A stretch of DNA of 64,000 nucleotides from NCBI GenBank assembly GCA_964291405.2, contig OZ219926.1, positions 1,760,001 through 1,824,000 of the forward strand, written 5' to 3'. This document shows positions 8,096 through 17,284 of this stretch, piece by piece. The number at the start of each line of letters is the position of its first letter. Within the stretch, counting starts at the first letter, position 1. The notes under the pieces were generated by a model that worked only from the letters and a program-made list of their open reading frames with translations, was not told the origin of the DNA and did no database searches. The position numbers were made by a program, and so were the translations under genes. This DNA is from Thermodesulfobacteriota bacterium. GTDB taxonomy: Bacteria; Desulfobacterota; Binatia; Bin18.

Positions 8096-9847
8096 TTATG
8101 GAATAACCGGCAACACGATATGCGACTGAAACTTTTTGTTATGCAAAACAGTTTGCTGCGCGGTCTGGAACTGCGTGCCGGTCGCTTGATCACCGCCGGT
8201 GTTCAGGTTGCGGTCGAAGCGCGGGAAGTTACTCGATGCCACCTCCACGCGCAGACGATGCCCAGGCAGAAACACATGGCTGGTGGCCCATAAATCGATG
8301 CGAAACTCATACGGCTCGTCCGGTGTCAGCAGGGTCGGCTGACTCAAGGAGTCACGATAGCGCGCACGTAGAATACCGTCGGCAATGTTCTGGGCATAGC
8401 CGTCAGGCCGGACATCGACCAGCTTAGCGGTAAAGTCGGTGTCGGTGGCAGAAGACGAAGCGTAGAGCACGATCGTGAGTGGGCCGGTGACTTCAAGCGG
8501 TGCGTCCAGCGGCTCTCCGGTATAGACCAACACGTCTTGCCGGCTTTCCACCTCACGCTGGTCTGCGACACCAACCGGAATAATCAGCGTGTTCCCACCA
8601 CAGGTCGGAACCGGATTGGCGGGGTCGTATTCGTACCGATCCGGGGGTTCGTCCTGAGGGGGGTCAACGCTCAGCCCGCCGTCACCGTCGAGGCTATTCG
8701 CCCGGCCCTGGCTGTGGAAGTAGTAGGGCGTATACCGGGTCCGTGCCAGCGGCCACTCATACTCGTCCCGCCAGCGATTAGTGCCCATCACAAACAGCCG
8801 GATAGGCGGTTCCTCGGCAACTCCCGAGTCTATCCCCTTGAGCCAATAGTCAAACCAGCGCAGCTGGGTCTCGTGCAGTTCGATGACGGCGTTCGGACCA
8901 AAGTCGACATCCCCGGTCCCGCCGGAAATGGGCGTGGTATACGGAAACAGGTGGGCCCACGGCCCGAGCAGCAATTTCTGCCCGCCGCGTGCCTCCGGTG
9001 TCATGGCCCGCGCCTGCAAGCCGCAGAAGTGCACCAGGGCATCGCGCAGGAAAATGTCATACCACGAACTCACATGGTACATGGGGATGTTGATGTTGCG
9101 GTGCTGACGCTCGATATTGATCGGCCACCAATAGGGACCGTCGTCAGGGTGGGTCAGGTAATCGCGCAGATACGGAGCCACCTCCTCAAGCAGGTCGGCC
9201 CAATACATGAGCGGGAGGCGCGTATAGGCTTCCGGCGAGAGCGGATTCCCGAAATTAATGGAACGCAGCAGGTCGGGCCGCACCTTCGGCCAGAGTTGCT
9301 CCTTGATGCCTTTACGGTCAATAGTGTTGCGAGCGAGGAAGATCGCATAGGGCACCTGCCAGCCCAGAGAGAAGGCCCCGCCGGTGTGGTAGACCCAACC
9401 TTGATGGTAATCGGCGCCGGCAGATACGGGGAACGCACACTGGAGATGCGGCGGCCGTGTCGGTGCGAGCTGATACTGGGTTGCGCCGAGATACGACTGG
9501 CCCTGAGTCCCGACCCGGCCGTTCGAGTACGGCAGCGCCGCGGCCCACTCGACCGTATCGTACCCATCCTGGGCTTCATCAATGAGCGGATAGTATTCCC
9601 CCTCTGACGCAAACCGTCCTCGACCGTCCTGGACGATGACCACATAGCCCCGCGACGGAAAATACTCGTGGTCGCCAAAAACATCGGCCAATTCCTTGCC
9701 GTACGGGAGCCGTAATAAAATAACGGGAAAGCGTCCCTCAGCATCCGGCCGATAGACATCGGCGTAGAGCGTCGTCCCGTCCCGCATGACCGCCGGGACA
9801 TCTTTTTCTGTGATGATTCGATATTCTTGGCGACTCTCATGCGGCAT
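8096..9847 (-). CDS. CocE/NonD family serine hydrolase
   Basis: MRDGTTLYADVYRP, QDGRGRFASEG, GQSYLG nucleophile, GPWAH, SSNFPRFDRNLNTG. Confidence 0.92.
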   Translation of the reverse strand: MPHESRQEYRIITEKDVPAVMRDGTTLYADVYRPDAEGRFPVILLRLPYGKELADVFGDHEYFPSRGYVVIVQDGRGRFASEGEYYPLIDEAQDGYDTVEWAAALPYSNGRVGTQGQSYLGATQYQLAPTRPPHLQCAFPVSAGADYHQGWVYHTGGAFSLGWQVPYAIFLARNTIDRKGIKEQLWPKVRPDLLRSINFGNPLSPEAYTRLPLMYWADLLEEVAPYLRDYLTHPDDGPYWWPINIERQHRNINIPMYHVSSWYDIFLRDALVHFCGLQARAMTPEARGGQKLLLGPWAHLFPYTTPISGGTGDVDFGPNAVIELHETQLRWFDYWLKGIDSGVAEEPPIRLFVMGTNRWRDEYEWPLARTRYTPYYFHSQGRANSLDGDGGLSVDPPQDEPPDRYEYDPANPVPTCGGNTLIIPVGVADQREVESRQDVLVYTGEPLDAPLEVTGPLTIVLYASSSATDTDFTAKLVDVRPDGYAQNIADGILRARYRDSLSQPTLLTPDEPYEFRIDLWATSHVFLPGHRLRVEVASSNFPRFDRNLNTGGDQATGTQFQTAQQTVLHNKKFQSHIVLPVIP

Positions 9848-9976
9848 GATTCCCCCTCCTTTGGACCTTCTTATAAGGAGACAGACTGAGAAAGGCAATC
9901 AAAGAGCCGATTTGGAAAAAACATATGGAGAGTATATGGTTCAAAATCACAGAAAACCGATAAGGGATACAGCGCG

Positions 9977-10387
9977 ATGAAGTATTGGCTGGTGAAATCC
10001 GAACCGTACAAATATGCCTGGAGCGACCTGCAAAAAGACGGCTGGACGTATTGGGACGGTGTGCGTAACTATCAAGCCCGTAACAACCTGCGGGCTATGC
10101 AGATGGGCGACCAGGTCCTGTATTATCACAGCAACGAGGGGATGGAGATTGTCGGGATTGCCCGTGTCATCAAAGAAGCCTACCAGGACCCTACGACGGA
10201 TGATGAGCGCTGGAGCGTGGTTGATATCGAGCCGGTTGAAACCCTGGCCAGCCCGATAACGCTCAACCAGATCAAGCAAGATAAACGGCTGCAAGAGATG
10301 GCCCTGATCAAGCAGAGCCGTCTGTCAGTCATGCCGGTGACCAAAAAAGAATTCGACGTGATCGTCAAACAGGGACGAACGAAATAA
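9977..10387 (+). CDS. EVE domain protein
   Basis: YWLVKSEP, WDGVRNYQARN, YYHS, SRLSVMPV. Confidence 0.93.
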   Translation: MKYWLVKSEPYKYAWSDLQKDGWTYWDGVRNYQARNNLRAMQMGDQVLYYHSNEGMEIVGIARVIKEAYQDPTTDDERWSVVDIEPVETLASPITLNQIKQDKRLQEMALIKQSRLSVMPVTKKEFDVIVKQGRTK

Positions 10388-10860
10388 TTCGGGTTCCTTC
10401 CTCCTTGTTCTCTTGGAGGTGCACTCCCGCGGTCCGGCAAGTAAGCGCTGGACCGCGATACAACTCTAGCCTCGGTCCGCGACGCTCTCACCCATCACAA
10501 GAAACTGATCGTTTGCGCTTGACTCGTCAAAAAAGAGTGCTAGGAGGAGATTAGACGCCTGTGGGAGTCGGTGGTCAGAGGTTCACTCACCAAACGTGAG
10601 ACTGGAGGGGCCACTGTGCAATACCTGGAGCAACAGCCACGCTCCTTCCCCACTAGCGGACCTTCTGGATTTGCCACCGCCGTCCGCCAGGCCCCACCCG
10701 AACCTGCTGCCCTCCTTCTCAGCCGCTTATATTTTTCGTCTGCCCTTTTCCCGCACGATTGTCCCATGCTTGCACGCCTGCGCGAGCGTGGTCCCCCGGT
10801 CGTATAGCCGCCACATGCCCCAATTTGGTCTTCGTTACGCTACAGACAGGAGGAAGGGAT

Positions 10861-11316
10861 ATGAAACCCATTCTCGGTTTTATTGGAGGCGGACTGCTAG
10901 GTCTCGTCTTGCTCTGGGCAGCCATAGCAGACGCCCGTTTCGGCTACCCGAATGAAACGCCGTATGTCCGCCTGTCCGGTACCCTGCTTCCGCTTGAGGG
11001 CGAGGCGGAACCACCAGAGCCAGCTCTGACTATCCTGGTGAAAGGCGCCTCTTGGCGTTTCCAACTTGCTAACATCGAGGAAGTCAAGAGGTATGATCAG
11101 GAGGACGCGGGAGTGGACGAGTTGCAACGCCATACCGTTCGTTTATATGGCCCGACACCGCTTCTCGCCCCGCTCCAACAACCCACAATTATAGGGCAAC
11201 CCATTACGATTGAGGGCTATCTCTACCCGAAGGAACGGCGACTTTTAGTCGTGACCATCACGGGCGTTCCCGTACTGGCAGATCAGGCCGCCCGTGTAGA
11301 GAGCAGCGGGCAGTGA
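10861..11316 (+). CDS. hypothetical exported or membrane-anchored protein
   Basis: RBS AGGAGG. Signal-like N-terminus MKPILGFIGGGLLGLVLLWAAIA. Confidence 0.6.
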   Translation: MKPILGFIGGGLLGLVLLWAAIADARFGYPNETPYVRLSGTLLPLEGEAEPPEPALTILVKGASWRFQLANIEEVKRYDQEDAGVDELQRHTVRLYGPTPLLAPLQQPTIIGQPITIEGYLYPKERRLLVVTITGVPVLADQAARVESSGQ

Positions 11317-11442
11317 CGCTGAATTGCTCATGCCCGTGTTTCCAGGAAAGAACTCTGGCGCATGCTTGTTGGTCATGACCTCACACAGGGTAGCGGTTAA
11401 ACCCGCTACCACACTCACCTCCAAGGAAAAACAGGAGGGGAT

Positions 11443-11967
11443 ATGGCAACAATACAATCAAGAGTCGTAGATTCGGGGTTATCAACATTTTCATCCGCAG
11501 AACTCTCACAGCTTCTCCGAGAAGGCCTCATCGCCGGCATCCTTGGGGCCACAACTATCGCCGTATGGTTTTTCATTGTTGACAGTGTCCGTGGGCAGCC
11601 ACTCTATACGCCCTCAATTCTCGGGGCCGCCTTGTTCAAGGATGGATTCACAGCACCCGAAAGCCTTGGGATCGATCTCAAGGTCGTATTCATGTTTACC
11701 TGGGTCCATGGATTGGTCTTTACAGTGGTCGGTTGGCTGGCGTCGTGGTTGCTTGGCATTGCGGAACGCAATCCTCAGATTGGTTTCGGAATCCTCTTAT
11801 TCTTTGTAGTGTTTGAGTTTGGCTTTATATCGGTGTGTCACGTATTGGCAGAGCCAGTCCTGCACGCGCTATCCTGGCCGGCGGTCGTCATCGGCAACCT
11901 CTTAGCCGCTGTCGCTATGGGGACATATTTTTGGCGGCATCATCTCGATATGCACGTTGAACCATAA
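11443..11967 (+). CDS. hypothetical four-TM membrane protein
   Basis: RBS AGGAGG. REGLIAG...PLYTPSILG, four hydrophobic segments. Confidence 0.7.
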   Translation: MATIQSRVVDSGLSTFSSAELSQLLREGLIAGILGATTIAVWFFIVDSVRGQPLYTPSILGAALFKDGFTAPESLGIDLKVVFMFTWVHGLVFTVVGWLASWLLGIAERNPQIGFGILLFFVVFEFGFISVCHVLAEPVLHALSWPAVVIGNLLAAVAMGTYFWRHHLDMHVEP

Positions 11968-12175
11968 AGGAGTCCGGGCGTGTCGCTGCTCAAAGTCTTT
12001 CGAGAGGCCGAGGAAAGACCTTCAGGATTGAGGCCAGGTGAAATGAGACCTCCCAAGGGTACAGGACGATCCCCGCCGCCGAGGCACACTAAGGAGGGAA
12101 GGAAGAAAAACATTCGCACCGGGAGTTCCTCCTAGAGTGCGACTTTCCAGTAAAGAGTTGAGAAAGGAGACCGTT

Positions 12176-12481
12176 ATGCCTACCTATATCTTGCTCAGCA
12201 CCCTCACCCCAGAAGGGAGCAAAACCCTACACCAGCACCCGAATCGTCTGGAAGAAGTCAACAAAGAGATCGCAGAGTTTGGTTGTAAAGTAACGGGCCA
12301 GTTTGCGACGCTCGGCTTGTATGATTTTGTCAGTATTATTGAGGCGCCCGACAACGAAACCGTCGCCCATCTATCGGTTGATTTGAGTTCACGCGGGACC
12401 GTCCATATTACGACCTTACCAGCGATTCCGACCTCTCAGCTCCACGAAAAACTTACAGGACCGAAACAGATGGGCCGGTAG
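12176..12481 (+). CDS. GYD domain protein
   Basis: RBS AAGGAG. MPTYILL...TLGLYDFVSIIEAPD...TTLPA. Confidence 0.85.
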   Translation: MPTYILLSTLTPEGSKTLHQHPNRLEEVNKEIAEFGCKVTGQFATLGLYDFVSIIEAPDNETVAHLSVDLSSRGTVHITTLPAIPTSQLHEKLTGPKQMGR

Positions 12482-12504
12482 CACAGAGTGTGTCTCAAAA
12501 AAAC

Positions 12505-12534
12505 TTGACACGAAACAATCAAGGGGAGTAAAGA
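12505..12534 (+). promoter_or_regulatory. putative sigma-70 promoter for a non-coding transcript
   Basis: A-tract then TTGACA-N18-TAAAGA. The same 18-nt spacer occurs at 40341, 62951 and upstream of the UGSC operon. Confidence 0.45.
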
Positions 12535-12925
12535 GGAAGTATCGGGTCTCTGGTGGACCCATCGGAAGACGGCGCGCCCGTCAAAAAATCCTCCACGGGA
12601 GAGACAGGAGGTGCGAATGGAAAGTCCGCCGGAAAATAACCGCCCGCCAATGGTGGGCAACGCCCCCGCGAGGCAGCGGCTATTGGGTTCATCCTTTTGA
12701 TGCTCAGACCCCGCCTGACTGTCGTGCTCGAAAGTACGGAGTCGACAACGGTCGGCTCACAAGAGGAGGCCATCGGGAAAACGGATTGAGGACAATCCGG
12801 AGCAGCCAGGGTGAAGAACAAGCCCGCTGTACCATCGCCAAATCGGGCATATAGACATTGATAGTTCATTCTCAGCGTATAACGCGCACCAAAGAGGGTG
12901 ACCTTTCCGGAAAGGTCACCCTCTT
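12535..12925 (+). ncRNA. candidate structured small RNA (unassigned, GGA-rich)
   Basis: About 490-bp gap between convergent genes, bounded by a promoter and a terminator. Several hairpins and 13 GGA in 12535-12801. No convincing ORF. Confidence 0.4.
12892..12925. terminator. perfect 34-bp palindrome, probable bidirectional terminator
   Basis: AAGAGGGTGACCTTTCCGGAAAGGTCACCCTCTT equals its own reverse complement and lies between convergent genes. Confidence 0.8.
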
Positions 12926-12967
12926 CTGGTTGTAGCGTTCAATGATCTCGGCCGCTTGTCATCCTCA

Positions 12968-13318
12968 CTAAAACTTCTCCTGTCCCCGCACTCGTCCAGG
13001 GTCGGGAAAGTCTCTATAGAGTGCAAATACAAGGTCTTTCACTTTGGCATTCACCGCTTGGTGAAAACTCTCAACTGGGTCGCTACGAGTTGAGACATAG
13101 TGAAACGCGGTGTCCAGATGCGCCAAGTTTTCAAAGTCGAGCATGATATGGAACTCAGGCAGATGGTCAGGCCCAAGGCCGAGTTTCCGACGCGTTATCC
13201 GATAACTGGCGAGGAGGCCCTCGGCTTGGAGGTGTTCAAAATACTGCCGAGCACTATCCGTAAACTCGACGTCCCTGACGCCATCCTTGAGGTTGCACCA
13301 GATGTGGTAGATGTCCAT
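12968..13318 (-). CDS. DUF6614-like small protein
   Basis: MDIYHIWCNLK...RITRRKLGLGP...FALYRDFPD. Confidence 0.7.
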   Translation of the reverse strand: MDIYHIWCNLKDGVRDVEFTDSARQYFEHLQAEGLLASYRITRRKLGLGPDHLPEFHIMLDFENLAHLDTAFHYVSTRSDPVESFHQAVNAKVKDLVFALYRDFPDPGRVRGQEKF

Positions 13319-13331
13319 TCTTACCGCTCAC

Positions 13332-13892
13332 TCACTGTACGATTGGCCGAAGCGACACTTCATAGAGCACCACCTCATAGCCCTGGAAGGATGCCGTCTT
13401 GACATACCGCATCCCCACTCGCTCCATAACGCGTAGAGAGGCACGATTGTCTGGTAGAGCGAACGCAATGATCCGAGGCAGGCCAAGTTCTGTCCGGCCA
13501 TAGTCAAGCGCGGCGTGGGCGGCTTCGGTTGCCAAACCTTTTCCCCACGCTGAAGGATCTAAGGCATAGAGCAGCTCGACTGCATCAAACTCGGGCAAGT
13601 AGCGCAGTCCACAGTGTCCGATCAACACTCTCGTCTGCTTGTCGATAACCGCCCAAGGCCCAAAGCCCCGCTCCTGCCAATGTCGTGCAAAGGTCTGCAT
13701 CGTTTGTCGTGCCCTTTCGGGCGCACTCTTTACAGCCTCTATTCCACCGGGCAGATACCGAGCCACTTCAGGATTTGCTCGAATCCTTTCATAAGTAACA
13801 AAATCGTCATCCACAAACGGGCGGAGGAGTAAACGCTCGGTTTCGACTGTCTGTGGTGAAGAAGATGAGAACTGTTCAGCCATATTCTCCAA
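13332..13892 (-). CDS. GNAT N-acetyltransferase (RimJ/RimL type)
   Basis: ETERLLLRP, WGKGLATEAA, NRASLRVMERVGM. Confidence 0.9.
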   Translation of the reverse strand: MENMAEQFSSSSPQTVETERLLLRPFVDDDFVTYERIRANPEVARYLPGGIEAVKSAPERARQTMQTFARHWQERGFGPWAVIDKQTRVLIGHCGLRYLPEFDAVELLYALDPSAWGKGLATEAAHAALDYGRTELGLPRIIAFALPDNRASLRVMERVGMRYVKTASFQGYEVVLYEVSLRPIVQ

Positions 13893-14102
13893 TCCACTTT
13901 TCTCCTATCCCCGCATCGACCAGAATCGGAGAAGCGGCTCTCCAATGCTCTAGAGATTACACCGGCTGAGATAAATGTCCATTCGTGCCACTTACTCATT
14001 GTACGCTTTGTCTCAGCGGTGAACACCAATCCGTGTTACGCTCTTCAGGCGGGGGACTATTGAGGCTATACAGGTCACGAGTAGAAGCCTGGGAGGCTCA
14101 CC

Positions 14103-14309
14103 ATGCGTGTACAGCAGATTGACTTGAGCTATGAAGACGAATCAGGAGACACACTCGGAGAGGCGACGCTCCACGTGCAATCGACGACACTGTCCGGCCA
14201 GGAGATTTACACCCAGGTGCCACTGGAAGCAAAAGAAGTCAGAGCGCTCGAACAGGTGATACAACAGGCACTGAAGCGTTTGACACGCGAGGCCCTCAAA
14301 TTGATTTAG
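14103..14309 (+). CDS. small hypothetical protein
   Basis: RBS GGGAGG before ATG. 68 aa, converges on the next gene. Confidence 0.5.
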   Translation: MRVQQIDLSYEDESGDTLGEATLHVQSTTLSGQEIYTQVPLEAKEVRALEQVIQQALKRLTREALKLI

Positions 14310-14881
14310 TCCATTTCGGACGGGGCCAGAAGGAGCGTGCCACTATCCAAATCGTGTCGAATCGCCTTCAGACAGGTCTCAAAATCTCCCTCCACTAACC
14401 GTCCGCCACTATCGAGCATACCGCACTGCATCATGAGGTTGATTGAGGTCCCAAAGTCGTCAACCAGAAGAAAGCCATCCTGATCGACCTTTCGTCCGTC
14501 CGGCAGAGTGGTAAAAACACATCGCTCCTGGAGGAGTTCCTGCTCCGGGAGCAACCGTTCAATATAACCGTACGTTGGCTTACCGAGGGCGTTGCCATAC
14601 CCCAGCTCGTACGCCGTACCGTCGTCGATTAACGCTCCCCGAAAGGCATTACAGTTTGCAATAACAATGTCGCAGGCTTTGATCTGACCGATATCGCCCC
14701 GATAGATTCTCGTGGCTGTCCGCATCGAGCTGTCACTCAGGTCTACATTGTTATCCATGGGATGGAGGCCAATGAAACCATATCGGACGCACAGGCTGCG
14801 TTGCGTCCGCGCGCACTCAATAGCGTCGGGTCGAAAGACTTCAGGTCCGGCAAGATAGAGCTTGGGCTGGGTGTTTGGCAT
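14306..14881 (-). CDS. nucleoside 2-deoxyribosyltransferase family protein
   Basis: LYLAGPEVF, DDGTAYELGYGNALGKP, NLM motifs. Confidence 0.88.
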   Translation of the reverse strand: MPNTQPKLYLAGPEVFRPDAIECARTQRSLCVRYGFIGLHPMDNNVDLSDSSMRTATRIYRGDIGQIKACDIVIANCNAFRGALIDDGTAYELGYGNALGKPTYGYIERLLPEQELLQERCVFTTLPDGRKVDQDGFLLVDDFGTSINLMMQCGMLDSGGRLVEGDFETCLKAIRHDLDSGTLLLAPSEMD

Positions 14882-14922
14882 GGGGAGCAGACCTCCAATC
14901 TCTCTCCTGGGGCACGGAGGGG

Positions 14923-15690
14923 TTACCGCCCAATATACTTGGGCTCTCGTTTTTCCAGAAATGACTTGACCCCTTCTTCGTAATCGTGGGTGGAGCGCAG
15001 CCAGGCGTAGGACTTGCGCTCCAGCTCCAGGGCCGTTTCCAGCGGGGCCTCCGCACCTTTATTAAGTACCGTTTTTAAGGTCCGTAGGGCCAGCGGAGCA
15101 CGCTCGGCCAACTCTGTCGAAAGTTCGGCTACGGCGCTCTCAAATGCGTCGCCGGGGACGCAGTGCGTAATCAAGCCCCACTGCTCGGCTTGAGAGGCGG
15201 AAATGCGCCGTCCGGTCATCATAAACAACTTCGCCCGCGTCATACCGATGAGGCGCAGGGCGCGTTGTGTGCCCCCGCTGCCGGGGATCATCCCCAGACG
15301 AATTTCAGGAAACGAGAACTGTGAGCGGTCGGTCGCAATGCGAAAGTCACACGCCAGGGCGAGTTCAAGACCAGCCCCCATGGTATAGCCGTCAATGGCT
15401 GCGATCACGGGCTTGCGACAGCGCTCCGGCCAGCTCAGCGTATCCCCCCACTCTTCCAAGTCGGCCGGCGCCTGGGCCAGAAATTCAGACAGGTCCCCGC
15501 CGGCGCTAAACGCCTTACCGCCTGCACCGCGAATAATGACCACCCGTACCGTGTCGTCCGTGTCGAGACCGTGCAGCAGACCGGGCAGCTCTTTGCGCAT
15601 GGCCACGGTGATCGTGTTCATCAGCGTCTGACGGTCGATCCAGATGGTTGCTTCGGTCCCAGTCTTTTCTACGTGGAGGACATCACTCAT
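14923..15690 (-). CDS. hmfE: crotonase-family hydrolase, HmfE-like (2-oxoglutaroyl-CoA hydrolase)
   Basis: FSAGGDL, PERCRKPVIAA, PEIRLGMIPGSGG, YAWLRST. Last gene of the operon. Confidence 0.7.
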   Translation of the reverse strand: MSDVLHVEKTGTEATIWIDRQTLMNTITVAMRKELPGLLHGLDTDDTVRVVIIRGAGGKAFSAGGDLSEFLAQAPADLEEWGDTLSWPERCRKPVIAAIDGYTMGAGLELALACDFRIATDRSQFSFPEIRLGMIPGSGGTQRALRLIGMTRAKLFMMTGRRISASQAEQWGLITHCVPGDAFESAVAELSTELAERAPLALRTLKTVLNKGAEAPLETALELERKSYAWLRSTHDYEEGVKSFLEKREPKYIGR

Positions 15691-15718
15691 TGTTCTTCCT
15701 CTTCTTCTCCATGTGTCA

Positions 15719-17284
15719 TCACACCCTCTCATACCCGCCCTCAAGCAGCCGGCGACGGAGTAATTTACCTGTCGGGCTCTTGGGTAATCCGGACACGAAC
15801 TCATAGCGCCGGGGACGTTTGAAGTCGGCAAAGTCCTCGGCCTGACGACAGAAAGTGTCCAAGTCTGCCGCACTCACCGCCACAAAGCCCCTGTCAGACT
15901 GCCGTTTGGGGACAACAAAGGCGGTGACCACCTGGCCCCAGCGCTGGTCCGGCAGACCGACGACGCAGGCTTCATCAACCTGGGGATGGCGAGAGACAAC
16001 CTCCTCAACCTCGATCGGATAGATATTCTCCCCACCACTGATAATCATATCATCCACCCGGCCAACGGTGAAAATATCGTCGTCTTCGTCCTGGTACACG
16101 AGGTCGCCGCTAAAATACCAACCACCCCGCAACGCTTTTGCATCCGCCTCGGGCCGCCGCCAATAGCCCTGAAACGCTTCGGGCGACGAGAGACTGACAA
16201 TCAGCTCACCGGTTTCACCCCGGGGGAGGATATCGTCCGGACTCCCCTGACCGCCGGCATCGGCCCGCACGATGCGCACCTGACTGAAGACGCCGGCGCG
16301 TCCGGCACAGGTCGGTTTCTCCAGGATACGATCACAGATCGTAAATGTATAAATTTCGGTACTCCCCAGATGATTGACAAAAACCCGCGGCTGGAACATA
16401 TCCGCAACCTGTTGGGTGAGTGTCCCGGACATGGGCGCTCCGGCATAACCCAGCTTGGTGACGCTCGCCGCGGCCTTGGGGGTGAAAGCCGGCGAATTGA
16501 CCAGATCGTGATAGAGCGTCGGCACGAGATAGAGCGCGGTGACCCGCTCACTTTCAATCAGATACACGGCTGCCTCCGGGCTCCAGTCCGGCAGGCAGAT
16601 CAGGCAACCGTTCAGCAAGGCCATGACAATCGTCGAGCGGACACCCATGGTGTGATAGAGCGGCATGACTCCGAGGGTACGATCGCGGAGGCTGTTCTGG
16701 CTCTGAAGGCTATGCGCGAGGGCCGCACTGTACTCAGCCCGATGCGTGCGCGGCACCCCTTTTGGCCGCCCGGTTGTACCGGACGTGTACAGCATGATGC
16801 TGATATCGGATTCGGAGACCTCAGCCGGCGGAGCCCCAGAGGCTCCGTCATCCTCCAGCAACGCAGAAAAAACAAGGCAGTCGGCCGGGGCAGGGTCTCC
16901 AACATAAATCCAGGTATGCACGCTTGACAGTGCGGGGCGCGCCATCTGAACCGCGGCTAGGCTGGCCTGTTCACATATGACCGCGACCGCTTCCGCGTCC
17001 TGGACACAAAAGGCGATATCCCCGGCCGGCCAGCGCCAGTTCAGCGGCATCGCAATGGCGCCGATCCGTTGGCACGCCCAGTACGCAATCGCATGTTCAA
17101 GTCGGTTTTTCAGCAAGAACACGATATGGTCGCCGGGACGAATACCACGCGCCTGTAGGGCGCGCGCCACCCGACGGATACGGGTCTGCCAGGCGTGATA
17201 GGTCAGCCGTCGGTCGCCATCGATAATGGCCTCCGCCTCGGGATAGCGCGCGGCTGCCAGATCGATGAGGTTGGCTAAGTGCAT
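15719..17284 (-). CDS. hmfD: acyl-CoA ligase, HmfD-like (2-furoate-CoA ligase)
   Basis: YTSGTTGRPKGVPR AMP-binding motif. RTLGVMPLYHTMGVRS, LYLVPTLYHDL and FVNHLGSTEIYTF match recalled HmfD segments. Confidence 0.75.
   Translation of the reverse strand: MHLANLIDLAAARYPEAEAIIDGDRRLTYHAWQTRIRRVARALQARGIRPGDHIVFLLKNRLEHAIAYWACQRIGAIAMPLNWRWPAGDIAFCVQDAEAVAVICEQASLAAVQMARPALSSVHTWIYVGDPAPADCLVFSALLEDDGASGAPPAEVSESDISIMLYTSGTTGRPKGVPRTHRAEYSAALAHSLQSQNSLRDRTLGVMPLYHTMGVRSTIVMALLNGCLICLPDWSPEAAVYLIESERVTALYLVPTLYHDLVNSPAFTPKAAASVTKLGYAGAPMSGTLTQQVADMFQPRVFVNHLGSTEIYTFTICDRILEKPTCAGRAGVFSQVRIVRADAGGQGSPDDILPRGETGELIVSLSSPEAFQGYWRRPEADAKALRGGWYFSGDLVYQDEDDDIFTVGRVDDMIISGGENIYPIEVEEVVSRHPQVDEACVVGLPDQRWGQVVTAFVVPKRQSDRGFVAVSAADLDTFCRQAEDFADFKRPRRYEFVSGLPKSPTGKLLRRRLLEGGYERV

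Noticed and set aside
8537-9607. Long antisense ORFs (also 15986..16927, 17869..18876, 33876..34886, 52655..53569, 60307..61284)
   Set aside because: They overlap well-supported genes on the opposite strand or in other frames and lack recognisable motifs, as expected in GC-rich DNA.
11355-11410. TGGCGC...TTGT as a sigma-54 promoter
   Set aside because: Spacing is one base short and the -12 GC is absent. The nearby hairpin (11389-11410) is unassigned.
11968-12135. GAGGAAAG resembling the start of RNase P RNA (also GGAAAGTCCG at 12619)
   Set aside because: The other conserved RNase P elements (GTCCGGGC continuation, AGTGCCACAGAAA, 3' P4 strand) are absent.
12535-12570. GGAAGTATC-GGGTCTCTGGTGGACCC resembling the 5' end and D-arm of tRNA-Sec
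   Set aside because: No TCA anticodon loop, T-arm (GTTCGA) or complementary acceptor strand follows.
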